Shown here: piece by piece, positions 38,552 through 48,726 of the stretch
How positions within the stretch are numbered: the stretch's first letter is position 1
Layout: each line of letters opens with the position of its first letter
Assembly: GCA_965214805.1 (NCBI GenBank)
Contig: OZ243982.1
Coordinates: 898,033-962,032, forward strand
Direction: 5' to 3'
Length of the DNA: 64,000 bases
From: Thermoanaerobaculia bacterium
GTDB taxonomy: Bacteria; Acidobacteriota; Thermoanaerobaculia; Multivoradales; Multivoraceae
Notes under the pieces: model-generated
Database searches by the model: none
What the model saw: only the letters and a program-made list of their open reading frames with translations
What the model was told of the DNA's origin: nothing
Made by a program: the position numbers and the translations under genes

Positions 38552-40453
38552 ATGAAAGACACGAGACAGAGCGAGACCGCTCGCCCTGGCGGCGGCGGCC
38601 GCCGGAACTACCACCGAAACTGCCGGTGGATCTGCCCGGTTGCTGCAGTTTGGCTGCTCGCACCGCCAACGGCTGCCAGCAGCGACGAACCCGAAGAGGA
38701 AACCCAGGTCGTCGAGGAGGAGATCGTCGTCAGCGCGAACCGCTACGAAGTGCCGGCTTCCGAAGTCGGCAGCGCGGTCACGGTCATCGACGGCGAAGAG
38801 ATCGAACGGCGCAACCCGGTGGCCGTGCTCGACCTGCTCCGCACGGTGCCCGGCACCGAGGTGACCCACGCGGGAGGCCCCGGCAAGGTGGCCACCGTCC
38901 GCGTGCGCGGCGGTTCGGGCTCCCAGGTCCTGATCCTGGTGGACGGCGTGCGAGTCAACTCGGTCGCCGGCGGCACCGTCGACTTCGCCAATCTGCTGGC
39001 CGCCAATATCGAGCGGATCGAGGTGCTGAGAGGTCCGCAGGCGACCTACGGTTCGGAGGCGATGACGGGAGTGATCAGCATCACGACCGGCCGCGGTGGT
39101 TCGGGTTGGCGACTGAACGGGGCGGCTGAAGCGGGCACGGACAACCACCGTCGATTCGATCTGGGCCTCCTGGGCGCGTCGGATCCCTGGCATTTCAGCT
39201 TTTCTGCGACCGACCTGAGTACCGATGGCGTGTCTCACCGTGCCATCCCGGGCGGTGCAGCCGAAGACGATCCGTTCGAGAACCTGACGGGGAGCGCCCG
39301 TCTCGGCGCCGAGTTCATGGGTAACGGCCGGATCGACCTGCGCGTGCGCTCCTACCGGGGCGATACCGCGCTCGACGGCTTCGGCATCGAGGATCTGAAC
39401 GCGATGGCCGCGAACGACGAGGACACGGCGGCCCTCGTCGTCGAGAAGAACGTGAGTTCGTTCTGGCGCCAGACGATGCGCATCGGCCAGACCGAGGCGA
39501 CGCTGCTCGGCGCCGACCCGGACACGATCTGGAACAACTACGAGATCCGTTCCGAGATCCGGCAGATCGATCTGCAGTCGGACATCACTCTGGGCGTCGA
39601 CAACGTGCTGAATCTCGGGTTCGGCACGGAGAACCGGCAGGGTATGAACCTGGGCGCCTTCGAAGAGGAGGCCGACCTCGACTCGTGGTTCGTGCAGGAC
39701 CAGTGGTCAGTCACGGACAAGGTTCATGTGACCGCCGCCGTTCGGGGCGACGAGCACTCGACCTTAGGGTCCGAGACCAGCCATCGCGTCACCCTGTCAA
39801 GCGGCTGGAGCGACGGCCGCGGACGGCTGCACGGCAGCTACGGCACCGCGTTCCGGGCACCGAACTTCGACGAGCTCCATTTCCCGTTCTCCGGCGATCG
39901 GAACCTGCTGCCGGAAACGACCGAGGGGTTCGACCTCGGCCTGGAGCAGCGCATCGGCGATTCGGGCCTGACGCTCGATCTGACCTGGTTCGACATCGAC
40001 TTCGATCAACTGATCCAGTTCGACCTGGCCAGCTTCACCTTCCGCAACGTCGCACAGGCGAGCTCGACCGGCGCCGAGCTCACGCTGCGCTACCGCCCGG
40101 ACCTCGACTCCAGCCTGGCGTTTTCGCACACCTACAACCGGACCGAGGACAAGGCGAGTGGCAGCCCGCTGGCCCGGCGACCGAAGAACCGCACCACGCT
40201 GGTGGTGCAGCTTCAGCCGACGGACCGTCTGAGGGCAGCCATGACGGCGGCGTTCGTCACCGGCCGCATCGAATCGAACGGCGCGGAGATGGACGACTAC
40301 ACCAGGGTCGACCTCCACCTGAGCTACGTTCGGTCGCTGCTCGAGCCCTTCGTCCGAATCGAGAACCTCCTCGACGAGGACTACTTCGAGGTCCCCGGCT
40401 TCGTCACGCCAGGCCGCACGGTCGTTGTCGGCGCGAGGCTCCGGCGCCGCTGA
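38552..40453 (+). CDS. btuB: TonB-dependent receptor, BtuB-like (B12/corrinoid outer-membrane transporter)
   Basis: It has a signal peptide and a plug domain (VATVRVRGGSGSQVLILVDGVRVN, IERIEVLRGPQATYGSEAMTGVISITT). It is preceded by a cobalamin riboswitch. The ATG at 38552 follows a GGGGGAGGAAGG RBS. Confidence 0.8.
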   Translation: MKDTRQSETARPGGGGRRNYHRNCRWICPVAAVWLLAPPTAASSDEPEEETQVVEEEIVVSANRYEVPASEVGSAVTVIDGEEIERRNPVAVLDLLRTVPGTEVTHAGGPGKVATVRVRGGSGSQVLILVDGVRVNSVAGGTVDFANLLAANIERIEVLRGPQATYGSEAMTGVISITTGRGGSGWRLNGAAEAGTDNHRRFDLGLLGASDPWHFSFSATDLSTDGVSHRAIPGGAAEDDPFENLTGSARLGAEFMGNGRIDLRVRSYRGDTALDGFGIEDLNAMAANDEDTAALVVEKNVSSFWRQTMRIGQTEATLLGADPDTIWNNYEIRSEIRQIDLQSDITLGVDNVLNLGFGTENRQGMNLGAFEEEADLDSWFVQDQWSVTDKVHVTAAVRGDEHSTLGSETSHRVTLSSGWSDGRGRLHGSYGTAFRAPNFDELHFPFSGDRNLLPETTEGFDLGLEQRIGDSGLTLDLTWFDIDFDQLIQFDLASFTFRNVAQASSTGAELTLRYRPDLDSSLAFSHTYNRTEDKASGSPLARRPKNRTTLVVQLQPTDRLRAAMTAAFVTGRIESNGAEMDDYTRVDLHLSYVRSLLEPFVRIENLLDEDYFEVPGFVTPGRTVVVGARLRRR

Positions 40454-40535
40454 CGCCAACCGGCCGTGGCGGACCTCTGCCACCCTCAGCCCCTCGGGCT
40501 GCCCGAGGGGGCTATTGTCGGGGCGGGAGATCAGG

Positions 40536-41504
40536 ATGATCCGTTTCGCCAGGATGATCTACCGGCGCCTGCATGCGGCTCTGTTCGCCGCGATGCGGCG
40601 GCTGGGCTGGAACATCGCCCGGACGGCGGACTTCTACTCGCCATTGCCCGTGCTCTCGGAAGTTGCGGCCACTCGTGAGCTCTGGGACCGGCCGAGCGAG
40701 CTGGTCGGCGTCCGTTACGACCTGGAGGCGATGAAGGCGCTGCTCTCGACGTTGGTCGACGTGCACGGCGGCGAGTTCGAAGCACTGCCGCCGCACAGCG
40801 AGATCAGGGCGCTGGGCTACGGACCGGGGTTCCCGGTGATCGATGCACTGACGACCTGGCTCATGATGCGGCGCCTCCGGCCGGCGCGATACGTGGAGAT
40901 CGGCTCGGGGCTTTCGACGTACTACGCGTGGCTGGCGGCGACGGCAAACGGGCGCGAGGGCAGTTCCTGCGAGATGACCTGCGTCGATCCGTTCCCTACG
41001 GGTCGGCTGGCGGCGCTCGAGGAGCCGCCGGTGAACGCAGTGGTTTCGAAGGTCGAGACCACGGCCCCTGGGCTCTTCGAGGTCCTTGACGCCGGCGATG
41101 TGCTGTTCATCGACTCCACCCACGTGCTCAAGTTGGGCGGGGATGTCGCGTTCCTGTTCCTCGAGGTCCTGCCGAGGCTGCGGCCGGGTGTCGTGGTCCA
41201 CGTCCACGACATCCACTTCCCGTACAACACGCCCTACCCGGCGGAGCAGTACATCTTCCGCGCCAAGTGGCCGCTCTACCGGACGGAGGCGATGGTCCTG
41301 CAGGCGTTCCTGAGCTTCAACCGGGAGTTCGAGGTCGTGCTCTCGGCGCCGATCATCCGTCACTTCGACGAACCGTTCCTGGAACGGACGATTCCCGGTT
41401 ACCGGCCGGTCGAGATCGAGGACCACGACACTCACTTCGGCTCGATCTGGCTGCGCCGCCTGGGCCACCAGCCGTCAAGCCCCTCGGGAGTCTGCGGCAG
41501 ATGA
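40536..41504 (+). CDS. Class I SAM-dependent methyltransferase (Methyltransf_24-like)
   Basis: Motifs are YVEIGSGLSTYY and VLFIDSTH. The ATG at 40536 follows GGAGATCAGG. Confidence 0.5.
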   Translation: MIRFARMIYRRLHAALFAAMRRLGWNIARTADFYSPLPVLSEVAATRELWDRPSELVGVRYDLEAMKALLSTLVDVHGGEFEALPPHSEIRALGYGPGFPVIDALTTWLMMRRLRPARYVEIGSGLSTYYAWLAATANGREGSSCEMTCVDPFPTGRLAALEEPPVNAVVSKVETTAPGLFEVLDAGDVLFIDSTHVLKLGGDVAFLFLEVLPRLRPGVVVHVHDIHFPYNTPYPAEQYIFRAKWPLYRTEAMVLQAFLSFNREFEVVLSAPIIRHFDEPFLERTIPGYRPVEIEDHDTHFGSIWLRRLGHQPSSPSGVCGR

Positions 41505-41771
41505 CGCGCCGCATTCGACCGCCCCAGTCGGCAGTGCTCCTCCGGTCTGATGTCGATCGCGACCGCCGCCAAGCAGGTGCAGCATCGTTGCGCCTCGATC
41601 GAACACGGGGATCGCGATGGCGTCAGCCGGCTACCAGTCGTCTCCGGGCGTCATCCGCTTCATGAACTCGGTCGAAGGAAGGTACCGTGAAGGCCGTGTC
41701 TCCGTGGCTCGCCGTACCCGCGCCCGGAGCAAAGGGGTTGTCGAGACGATCCATGACAGTTGGACCATACC

Positions 41772-41814
41772 GAGTTTAGCCAGTTCATCTCTGGCGGATG
41801 AACTGGCTAAACTC
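41772..41814. repeat. Perfect 18-bp inverted repeat (hairpin) with 7-nt loop spanning the stop codon of the GT-C gene
   Basis: The arms are gagtttagccagttcatc / gatgaactggctaaactc. It is markedly AT-richer than its surroundings and sits between convergent genes. Confidence 0.6.
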
Positions 41815-43434
41815 CGAATGAACGCCGCCGAACGGCCTTGTCTCGACAGCCGCTGCCGACCAGTCGTTCGGCAGCGGCTCGACGGAGAGGCCGTCGAGTG
41901 CCGGGCGGAGACGCTCCAGGCGGTCGTTGTCGATATAGACGATGAGCCGGTACGGAGCGCAGGGCGGCGGCTGGCTGACGAACCAGGCGGAGTAGTCGCG
42001 GCCGAAGGCGCCGTTCGTGCCGCGGTCCAGCTTCTCGGGCGTTACCACCGAACCCTCGTGCAGGACCAGAACCGCGGGGCGGGTTTCGTGTAGGTGCCTG
42101 TAGTCCGTCTTGCCCCACTGGCCGTGATATTCGCCGTGGCGCGCATGGTGGGCGTCGACCAGGCCGAGCGGATCGTGGATCGTCGTGTCCTGGAGTATCC
42201 AGCCGAAGAGTCCGATCGCTTCGGAGGCGGCAATGTCGTGCGGCTCGAAGTAGGGAAGGAGGCGCGCGGCCATGAACCGGTAGCAGTCGGCGATCGGGTG
42301 GAACTCGAACCGCGGTCCGGGTGAGGACTGCCATGGGCTGCGGCCGAGCATGAACACGGAGCTCAGGGCCAGCAGCACGAGGAGCCACGCGGACCGTCGC
42401 CGTCGCCGGCACGGATGGGCCCAGCCTTCGAAGGCTGCCGACAGGCAAAGCGCGAAGGGGGCCGCCAACACCGGCAGGAAGACCATGAACAGCCGGTAAT
42501 GGGGCATCCAGTCGCCGCCGTTCACGAGCACGGCCGGGATCTCCGAGGCCGCAACGAGGAGCGAGAACCAGAGAGCGCGGTTCGTCGGCCTGAGGAGGAC
42601 GGCGATCACGGCGCCGAGGATCAGGGGCGCATGGGCGATCTCGAAACGGACCGTGTAGGAGAGGCCCGAGAGCAGGTTCTCCAGCCACGCCTCCGGCCCC
42701 GCGGAGAGCGCGGACTTGGCGGCGACCGAGTTCGGCAGCAAGGCGCCGTAGTAGCCGAGTCGCCAGATCGTGGCGGCGCCGACGATGGCGAGGGCTGCCG
42801 CCGCCGTCACGACGGCGCGCCTGCGCGCGGTGCGGCGATCCTGCTTCGCTGCGGCCCGCTTCCCTGGCGGCCCGCTTCCCTGCAACTGATAGCCGGCGAC
42901 CATCGGCAGGATCGCCAGGCTCTCCGGTCGGGTGAGGAAGAGCAGGCCCAGCAGGACGCCGATGAGCCTTGCGTCGGCGTCCTCGACGGTCTTGCGGGCG
43001 ACGAGCACGGCCAGGAACGCGAACAGGCCGCCCTCCAGACCGTTGGCAGCGACCAGCCAGAAGCGGCCATGCACCGACGCCAGCAGGACCGCCGACACGC
43101 AGGCGGCAGAGGATGCGCCGAGCCCGCGGCCCAGGAGGTACGCCTCCCGCAGCCCCAGCAGGGCGAAGGACACGCCGAGCACGAGCGCTGTTCCCTCGAT
43201 CTGCAGGCCGACCGTCTCGGCAGCCGCGAGCAGGAGCGTCCACGACAGGCTGGTCGCCCCCTCGACCCGCTCGCCGAGGTTGAAGACGAGGCCGTCGCCC
43301 GAGGCCAGGTTGCGGGCGTACCGGAACGTGATGAAGGCGTCGTCGATCGTCCGGATGGGCACGAACAGAAGGGTCAGCAGCGGCAGGACCGCCGCGGACC
43401 CGCCGAGGACATGCAGCAGCCGGCGATCGGTCAC
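41785..43434 (-). CDS. Polytopic membrane glycosyltransferase-like protein (GT-C fold, PMT/ArnT-like)
   Basis: The N-terminal motif is [39 protein letters not shown]. There are many TM helices and a soluble C-terminal domain. A GTG start at 43434 was chosen to remove the arginine-rich N-terminal extension. Confidence 0.5.
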   Translation of the reverse strand: MTDRRLLHVLGGSAAVLPLLTLLFVPIRTIDDAFITFRYARNLASGDGLVFNLGERVEGATSLSWTLLLAAAETVGLQIEGTALVLGVSFALLGLREAYLLGRGLGASSAACVSAVLLASVHGRFWLVAANGLEGGLFAFLAVLVARKTVEDADARLIGVLLGLLFLTRPESLAILPMVAGYQLQGSGPPGKRAAAKQDRRTARRRAVVTAAAALAIVGAATIWRLGYYGALLPNSVAAKSALSAGPEAWLENLLSGLSYTVRFEIAHAPLILGAVIAVLLRPTNRALWFSLLVAASEIPAVLVNGGDWMPHYRLFMVFLPVLAAPFALCLSAAFEGWAHPCRRRRRSAWLLVLLALSSVFMLGRSPWQSSPGPRFEFHPIADCYRFMAARLLPYFEPHDIAASEAIGLFGWILQDTTIHDPLGLVDAHHARHGEYHGQWGKTDYRHLHETRPAVLVLHEGSVVTPEKLDRGTNGAFGRDYSAWFVSQPPPCAPYRLIVYIDNDRLERLRPALDGLSVEPLPNDWSAAAVETRPFGGVHSEFSQFIRQR

Positions 43435-43525
43435 GGCGTCCCGCCGTCGGGCTGGAAGGGGTTGCCCGTCGTGCCCGGCGCCGTTCTCTGCGCTCGGCCC
43501 AGGACGGGCGTGGCCTGGCGATGGG

Positions 43526-44998
43526 TCATGGCGCCGCCCCGCCGTCCGGGTTGCCCGGGTCGCCGGTCGTGCCCGCCGGCGCCGTTTTCGCCCGGCGGAA
43601 GAACCGTCTGTACTCCGGCAGGAAGCGAAGCGCGAGGACGCCCCCGCCCAGAGCCGCTGCGGCCGCACTGGCGATGAACCGGCTCCAGCTCGCGGCCGGC
43701 AGAAGTGCCGCGGCGGCCAGGAAGAACGGCAGCGGCAGCAGGTAGACCTGCAGGAGGCTGGCCGCCAGCCGCCGCTTCCGACCGGCAAACAGGCCCAGCA
43801 CCTTCACGAGCATGAGCAGGCTGCCGAGTCGCGTGAAGTTCGCCCACGCTACGCCGATCGGTCCCCAGCGATAGGCGAAGAGCACGCCGAACACGATCAG
43901 CGCAGCCATGTTCAGGACCACGGTGGAAAGCCAGAGCCGGTCCCGGTTCTGCACCTTGAGTGCTTCGCCGCCCGTGGTCGTGAACACGTCGACCAGCGGC
44001 ACCAGGCAGAGGACGCGCAGCAGCGGCGCCGCGTCGGTCCAGGCGGGCCCGAACTGCAGCATGACCGCCTTCTCCGCATTGAAGAAGAGGAAGTAGGCCG
44101 CGAGGACGACGCCGGACAGGAACACGACGGTGCCGAGCCGCAGCGTTTCGGCGAACTCCTCCTGATCGTGACGGAACTCGACCAGAGCCGGCAGGAGTGG
44201 CCGGACAGTCAGGGTGAGCGGCACGAGAAAGGCGAGCCAGTAGGCCGCCGCGTAGTAGCCGACGAACTCCGTGGTCGAGAAGAACTCGACGATATACGGA
44301 TCGGCGTGGTGGAAGACCTGGAATGCCAGCCAGACCACGAACAGATAGCGGCTTGCCCGCAGAAGACCCGGAATCCGCTGCAGGTCCACGCTCAGAGGGA
44401 TCCGTCCACGGGCCCTCCACAGCAGAAACAGCGCGAACGAGGCCGAAGCCGCCAGTTCGCCGCCCACCAGGGACCAGACGCCGGCTCCATTCAGCGCCAG
44501 CAGGATGGCGAGCACGCCGAACAAGACACCGCGAAGCACCTCGAATCCGGCAATCTCGCGAATCAGCAGGCGGCGCTCGAAGAAGGTCCGGTAGACCATG
44601 ATCACGGCGTCGATGACGATCCAGACCGCCATCGCCCGCAATGCGTTCGGCAGGTCGGGAAGGTAGGAGAACAGGTCCGCGGCGGCGATCAGACCGACCG
44701 CCAGCACGGCGCCAACGCCGACGCTCCAGGCCAGGACGGTGCCGTACGACTCGCGCGGATCGCGCATCAGATGGTGAGTCAGTCCCAGGTCGCGCGCCGC
44801 CGAAAGCAGCATCACGGCGCGTAGCGCCTGCTCGTAGAGTCCGTAGCCTTCCGGCAGGATGAGCCGCGCAAGGACGTAGCGGGTGCCGAAGGCGACGAGC
44901 AGCCGAACGAAGAGCGTGCCGTAGGCGCTGACGGCGGAGTGAAGCAGCCGCTTCTTCGCCCCGAACTCGGCCGGGTCCTGATTCGCGGGCGGTTCCAC
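43526..44998 (-). CDS. wzx: Polysaccharide flippase (Wzx, MOP superfamily)
   Basis: It is about 12-14 TM with typical oligosaccharide-flippase composition. It has the polysaccharide-biosynthesis-protein N-terminus [26 protein letters not shown]. Confidence 0.65.
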   Translation of the reverse strand: MEPPANQDPAEFGAKKRLLHSAVSAYGTLFVRLLVAFGTRYVLARLILPEGYGLYEQALRAVMLLSAARDLGLTHHLMRDPRESYGTVLAWSVGVGAVLAVGLIAAADLFSYLPDLPNALRAMAVWIVIDAVIMVYRTFFERRLLIREIAGFEVLRGVLFGVLAILLALNGAGVWSLVGGELAASASFALFLLWRARGRIPLSVDLQRIPGLLRASRYLFVVWLAFQVFHHADPYIVEFFSTTEFVGYYAAAYWLAFLVPLTLTVRPLLPALVEFRHDQEEFAETLRLGTVVFLSGVVLAAYFLFFNAEKAVMLQFGPAWTDAAPLLRVLCLVPLVDVFTTTGGEALKVQNRDRLWLSTVVLNMAALIVFGVLFAYRWGPIGVAWANFTRLGSLLMLVKVLGLFAGRKRRLAASLLQVYLLPLPFFLAAAALLPAASWSRFIASAAAAALGGGVLALRFLPEYRRFFRRAKTAPAGTTGDPGNPDGGAAP

Positions 44999-45040
44999 GA
45001 GCGACTTGCGGGTCCGGCGGGGTCGCCGATCCGGGCAGTG

Positions 45041-45934
45041 CTAGAGCGCGGCCGTACGGTAGCGCAGGCAGCCCAGGAGCCGCCCCAGCCGCCAGCCGGC
45101 GAGCCAGATCCACCGGCCCCGCGCCGACTTCGACAAGAGCCGCGGACTGCGCAGCAGCAGCGATCCGAACCGCAGCAGGCCGGGCAGCACCGGCAGCCGG
45201 GGCATGCCGTGCGGCAGATACTGCGTGTAGATGTAGACGTTGCAGCGCCCGTAGCGGGCCGCCTGGCGGAAAGCGCCGGCGAGAGTCGCCGGGTAGCGGA
45301 CGTGGACCACGGCGTCGGGCGCGAAAACCAGGCGGTGCCCGGCGAGCTGCAGGCGCCAGCAGAAGTCCGTGTCCTCGAGCGCGAGGTACGACTCGTCGAA
45401 GCCGCCAAGGGCTTCGAAGACGTGCCGCCGAACACCGAGTCCGCAGCCGCCGGCATGGTCGAGGAACGGCGGGTTCGTGTAGCTGGACAGGCCGTGCTGC
45501 TGGGCCGGATCTCCGTGCAGACGGCGAGCCTGCTCGCCGTTCAGGCGTTCGATCTCGTGCCGGCTCGCCGCGGCCTCGTGCTTGCGCAGTTCGCGGACCA
45601 GGCCGTCGATCCAGTCGGCGGCGACCTCGTCGTCTGCGTCGCAGAACAGGAGGACATCGCCGGTTGCCGCGGCGGCTGCCACGTTCCTGGCGTGAGCGGC
45701 ACCTCTACGGCCCGCTGCGGACAGGGCGCGCAGGCCGGGCAGGCGGTCTCGGCAGGACGCGGCCAGTTCCAGGGACCCGTCCGTCGACCCGTTGTCCGCG
45801 ACCAGCACTTCGATGTCGCCCTGCCATGTCTGCCTCGAGAGCGCGTCGAGCTGCGCTCTCAACGTGGAGGCGGCGTTCAGGCAGGGGACGATGACGCTGA
45901 CCCGCTCGATCGCGAACGCCGCGCCGCAGGTCAC
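45041..45934 (-). CDS. Glycosyltransferase family 2
   Basis: Motifs are VSVIVPCLNAASTL and DNGSTDGS. The DxD-like motif is LFCDADDEV. Confidence 0.7.
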   Translation of the reverse strand: MTCGAAFAIERVSVIVPCLNAASTLRAQLDALSRQTWQGDIEVLVADNGSTDGSLELAASCRDRLPGLRALSAAGRRGAAHARNVAAAAATGDVLLFCDADDEVAADWIDGLVRELRKHEAAASRHEIERLNGEQARRLHGDPAQQHGLSSYTNPPFLDHAGGCGLGVRRHVFEALGGFDESYLALEDTDFCWRLQLAGHRLVFAPDAVVHVRYPATLAGAFRQAARYGRCNVYIYTQYLPHGMPRLPVLPGLLRFGSLLLRSPRLLSKSARGRWIWLAGWRLGRLLGCLRYRTAAL

Positions 45935-47346
45935 TCCAGGTAGCCCATCGCCTCGAGGGCCTTGCGCGCGGCCTCGGTCTGCGGAGTGACGTTTGGCGGC
46001 GACTCGCGGATCCAGTCGCTCAGCCGCCGTCCCAGGCGGTCCTTCACATCCGGGAACTCGTTGATCACATCCTCGGTCTGGAGCGGATCGGACGGCAAGT
46101 GGTACAGCTCGATCAGCGGCTTCTCGCGCCCACTGTCGGGCGGGCGCAGCACGAGCTGCCACTCCTGATCCTGAACGCTCCGCAGGTGCCGCTGCCAGGC
46201 GCCGGCGTCGGCGAAGGCCACCGGTTCCGAACCCTCTTCGGCCGGCGCCTGTCCGGAGAGCAGCGGCACCCAACTGCGGCCCTCGAAGCCCTCCTGCTTC
46301 GGTTCGCCGAGCAGATCCACCAGGGTGGGGAAGAGCCCGATGAGTTCCACCGGCTGCCCGACGCGCTTGCCGGCCTGCACCCACGGTTCCCCGACGACGA
46401 CCAGCGGCACGTGGACGCTGCTGTTGTAGGGGACGGGACCGTGCTCGAACGGGATTCCGTGTTCGTTCAGCTCTTCGCCGTGGTCAGCGGTCAGCACGAA
46501 CAGGCTCTCGTCTTCCATTCCAAGGTCCGCGATGTGGTCCAGGATGCTGGCGATGGCCCGATCCGTGACCAGGACGTTCGCGTCGTACTGGGCGACGTAG
46601 TACCTGAGTTCCCGATGGTCGCCGAGCGCCCGTCCCGGGCTGCCGGAAAGATCGACGAGTTCGTCGCCGGTGTAGTGCTGGTCGTCGAGGAAGGGGTTCT
46701 CGATTCCGGGCTGGAGCAGATAGGGGACGTGCGGGTCCGTGTAGTGGAGCCATGCGAACAGGCGCTCTTCCCCGGCGAGCGAGGCAAGCAGGGGCTTCGC
46801 CAGCTCGTTCACGCGTTCGGCCCAGACGTGGCGGCGGAACGCCATCGGCCGTTGCTCGACGGGAAGGTCGTCGATCGCATCCAGGGCCGCCTGGTCGATC
46901 CAGGTCTGCTCGTAGTGGTCGAATCCGCGGCCCCAGCCGAGCTCCCGGCCGAGGACCGGGTTCGAGATGACCGCGGCCGTGCGGTAACCCCGTTCCTGGA
47001 ACCAGCCCGGCAAGGCGACGCGGGACTCGGGAATCGTCTGTGCGGCGTCATGGATCAGGCCGGTCGTGTGCGGATACAGGCTCGTGAACATCGAGGCGAA
47101 GGACGGGCCGGTCTTCGGCCACTGCACGATGGCGCGTTCGAAGACGACGCCTCGCTCGACCCAATCATCGAGGCGAGGACTGGTATCCCGCGGATAGCCG
47201 TGCCAGCCCAAGTGGTCGGCGCGCAGCGTGTCGACGGTGATAAGGAACACCCGCCGCGGCGGCTCGAGGGGGCGCTCGGCGCCGCAGCCCGAAACCAGCG
47301 CAGCGAGGGACAGGAGAGCCAGCGTCGGCAGGCGGCAACATCGCAT
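45931..47346 (-). CDS. Sulfatase-fold (alkaline-phosphatase superfamily) lipoprotein with Thr at the nucleophile position
   Basis: It has a lipoprotein signal (LVSGC) and a sulfatase N-terminal domain (ITVDTLRADHLGWHGY). The canonical C/S-x-P-S-R position reads T-G-P-S-F (KTGPSFASMFTSLYP). Confidence 0.7.
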   Translation of the reverse strand: MRCCRLPTLALLSLAALVSGCGAERPLEPPRRVFLITVDTLRADHLGWHGYPRDTSPRLDDWVERGVVFERAIVQWPKTGPSFASMFTSLYPHTTGLIHDAAQTIPESRVALPGWFQERGYRTAAVISNPVLGRELGWGRGFDHYEQTWIDQAALDAIDDLPVEQRPMAFRRHVWAERVNELAKPLLASLAGEERLFAWLHYTDPHVPYLLQPGIENPFLDDQHYTGDELVDLSGSPGRALGDHRELRYYVAQYDANVLVTDRAIASILDHIADLGMEDESLFVLTADHGEELNEHGIPFEHGPVPYNSSVHVPLVVVGEPWVQAGKRVGQPVELIGLFPTLVDLLGEPKQEGFEGRSWVPLLSGQAPAEEGSEPVAFADAGAWQRHLRSVQDQEWQLVLRPPDSGREKPLIELYHLPSDPLQTEDVINEFPDVKDRLGRRLSDWIRESPPNVTPQTEAARKALEAMGYLE

Positions 47347-47502
47347 CGTCAGCAGCCGAAACCTAGCAGTTGGCCGCGGCGGTGAGCGCTGCGCCGTCGT
47401 ACCGGGAACCGTGCAGGCCGGCGCGGGTGTGGGCCGTGGTTGGTAGGCTCGCCGGGGCGCGGATCACGGTCTGCGCTCTTGGGCGCCGAAGATCGATCCA
47501 CG

Positions 47503-48726
47503 ATGCACTCTCGACCTACCCAGGCCGTGATTCTGGCGGGCGGGCGGGGTACCCGTCTGGCGCCGCTGACGGACACGCTGCCGAAGGCGCTGATTCCGTT
47601 CCACGGCAGGCCGTTCCTGGGCCACGTCGTCGACATGCTGCGCGAACAGGGGTTCGAGCGCGTCCTGTTGCTGCTGGGCTACATGGCGGACGCGATGATC
47701 GGCCACTTCGGCGACGGCTCGGCCTACGGAGTCGAGATCAGCCATCGGGTGACGGACGCAGACGACCTGACGGCATACCGCGTGAAGGAAGCGGCCGAGT
47801 GCCTCGACGACCGGTTTCTCCTTCTGTACTGCGACAACTACTGGCCGATGCAGTTCGATCGCATGTGGCAGGCCTACGTGGAGTCGGGCGCCCCGGCGCA
47901 GATCACCGTCTACGGGAACGCCGACGGCTATACGCGGGACAGCGTGATCGTCGGCAGTGACGGCTTCGTCTCGGTCTTCGACCGCGGCCGGACAACCCCG
48001 GGACTCAGCGGAGTCGAGATCAGCTACGCGATCCTGGAGAAGGCGTCGGTGCTGCCGCTGCTGCCGGACCGCCAGGAGCTGTTCGAGGAGGCGGTCTATC
48101 CGGCCCTCACGGCCCGCGGTGAACTCCACGCCTACTGGACCGAGCACCGGTACTACAGCGTCGGCGGCCATGAGCGCCTGCCCCTGACCGAGGCCTTCCT
48201 TGCCCGCTGGCCGACGGTCATCCTGGACCGCGACGGCGTGCTCAACGTGCGCCCACCGAGGGCGGAGTACGTCTGCCGACCGGAAGATCTGCGCTGGCTG
48301 CCGGGCGCCCGCGAGGCGCTCGCTGCCTTTCATCGGGCCGGATGGCGGGTGCTCGTGGTGTCGAATCAGCCCGGCGTCGCCCGGGGCCGGATGACGCTCG
48401 ACGACCTCGCGGCAGTGCATCGGCGCCTGTGCGGCGAGGCCGAGGCCGCGGGCGCACGGATCGACCGGATCTACTTCTGCCCGCACGGCTGGGACGAGGA
48501 TTGCGGCTGCCGGAAGCCGGCGCCGGGAATGCTCTTCGAGGCCCAGCGCGACCATCACCTGGACCTCACCAGAACGACCTTCCTGGGTGACGACGAGCGC
48601 GACGGTCAGGCGGCCGACGCCGCAGGCTGCCCGTTCGGCCTGGTCACCGAGAGCGAGCCGTTGCTGGCGCACGCCGAGCGGCTGCTGGGCCTGCACGCGC
48701 CGCGCAGAACGGCGGTGGCCGGATGA
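47503..48726 (+). CDS. Bifunctional sugar-1-phosphate nucleotidyltransferase (HddC-like) / D,D-heptose 1,7-bisphosphate phosphatase (GmhB-like HAD)
   Basis: The N-terminus is ILAGGRGTRLAPLTDTLPKALIPF (NTP_transferase). The C-terminus has VILDRDGVLN ... VVSNQPGVARG ... GDDERD, which are HAD-IIIA GmhB motifs. Confidence 0.7.
   Translation: MHSRPTQAVILAGGRGTRLAPLTDTLPKALIPFHGRPFLGHVVDMLREQGFERVLLLLGYMADAMIGHFGDGSAYGVEISHRVTDADDLTAYRVKEAAECLDDRFLLLYCDNYWPMQFDRMWQAYVESGAPAQITVYGNADGYTRDSVIVGSDGFVSVFDRGRTTPGLSGVEISYAILEKASVLPLLPDRQELFEEAVYPALTARGELHAYWTEHRYYSVGGHERLPLTEAFLARWPTVILDRDGVLNVRPPRAEYVCRPEDLRWLPGAREALAAFHRAGWRVLVVSNQPGVARGRMTLDDLAAVHRRLCGEAEAAGARIDRIYFCPHGWDEDCGCRKPAPGMLFEAQRDHHLDLTRTTFLGDDERDGQAADAAGCPFGLVTESEPLLAHAERLLGLHAPRRTAVAG

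Noticed and set aside
40536-41504. Methyltransferase downstream of btuB as a B12-dependent enzyme
   Set aside because: It is a class I SAM-dependent fold with no cobalamin-binding (DxHxxG) or radical-SAM motif. Its position after the riboswitch-controlled receptor is likely coincidental.
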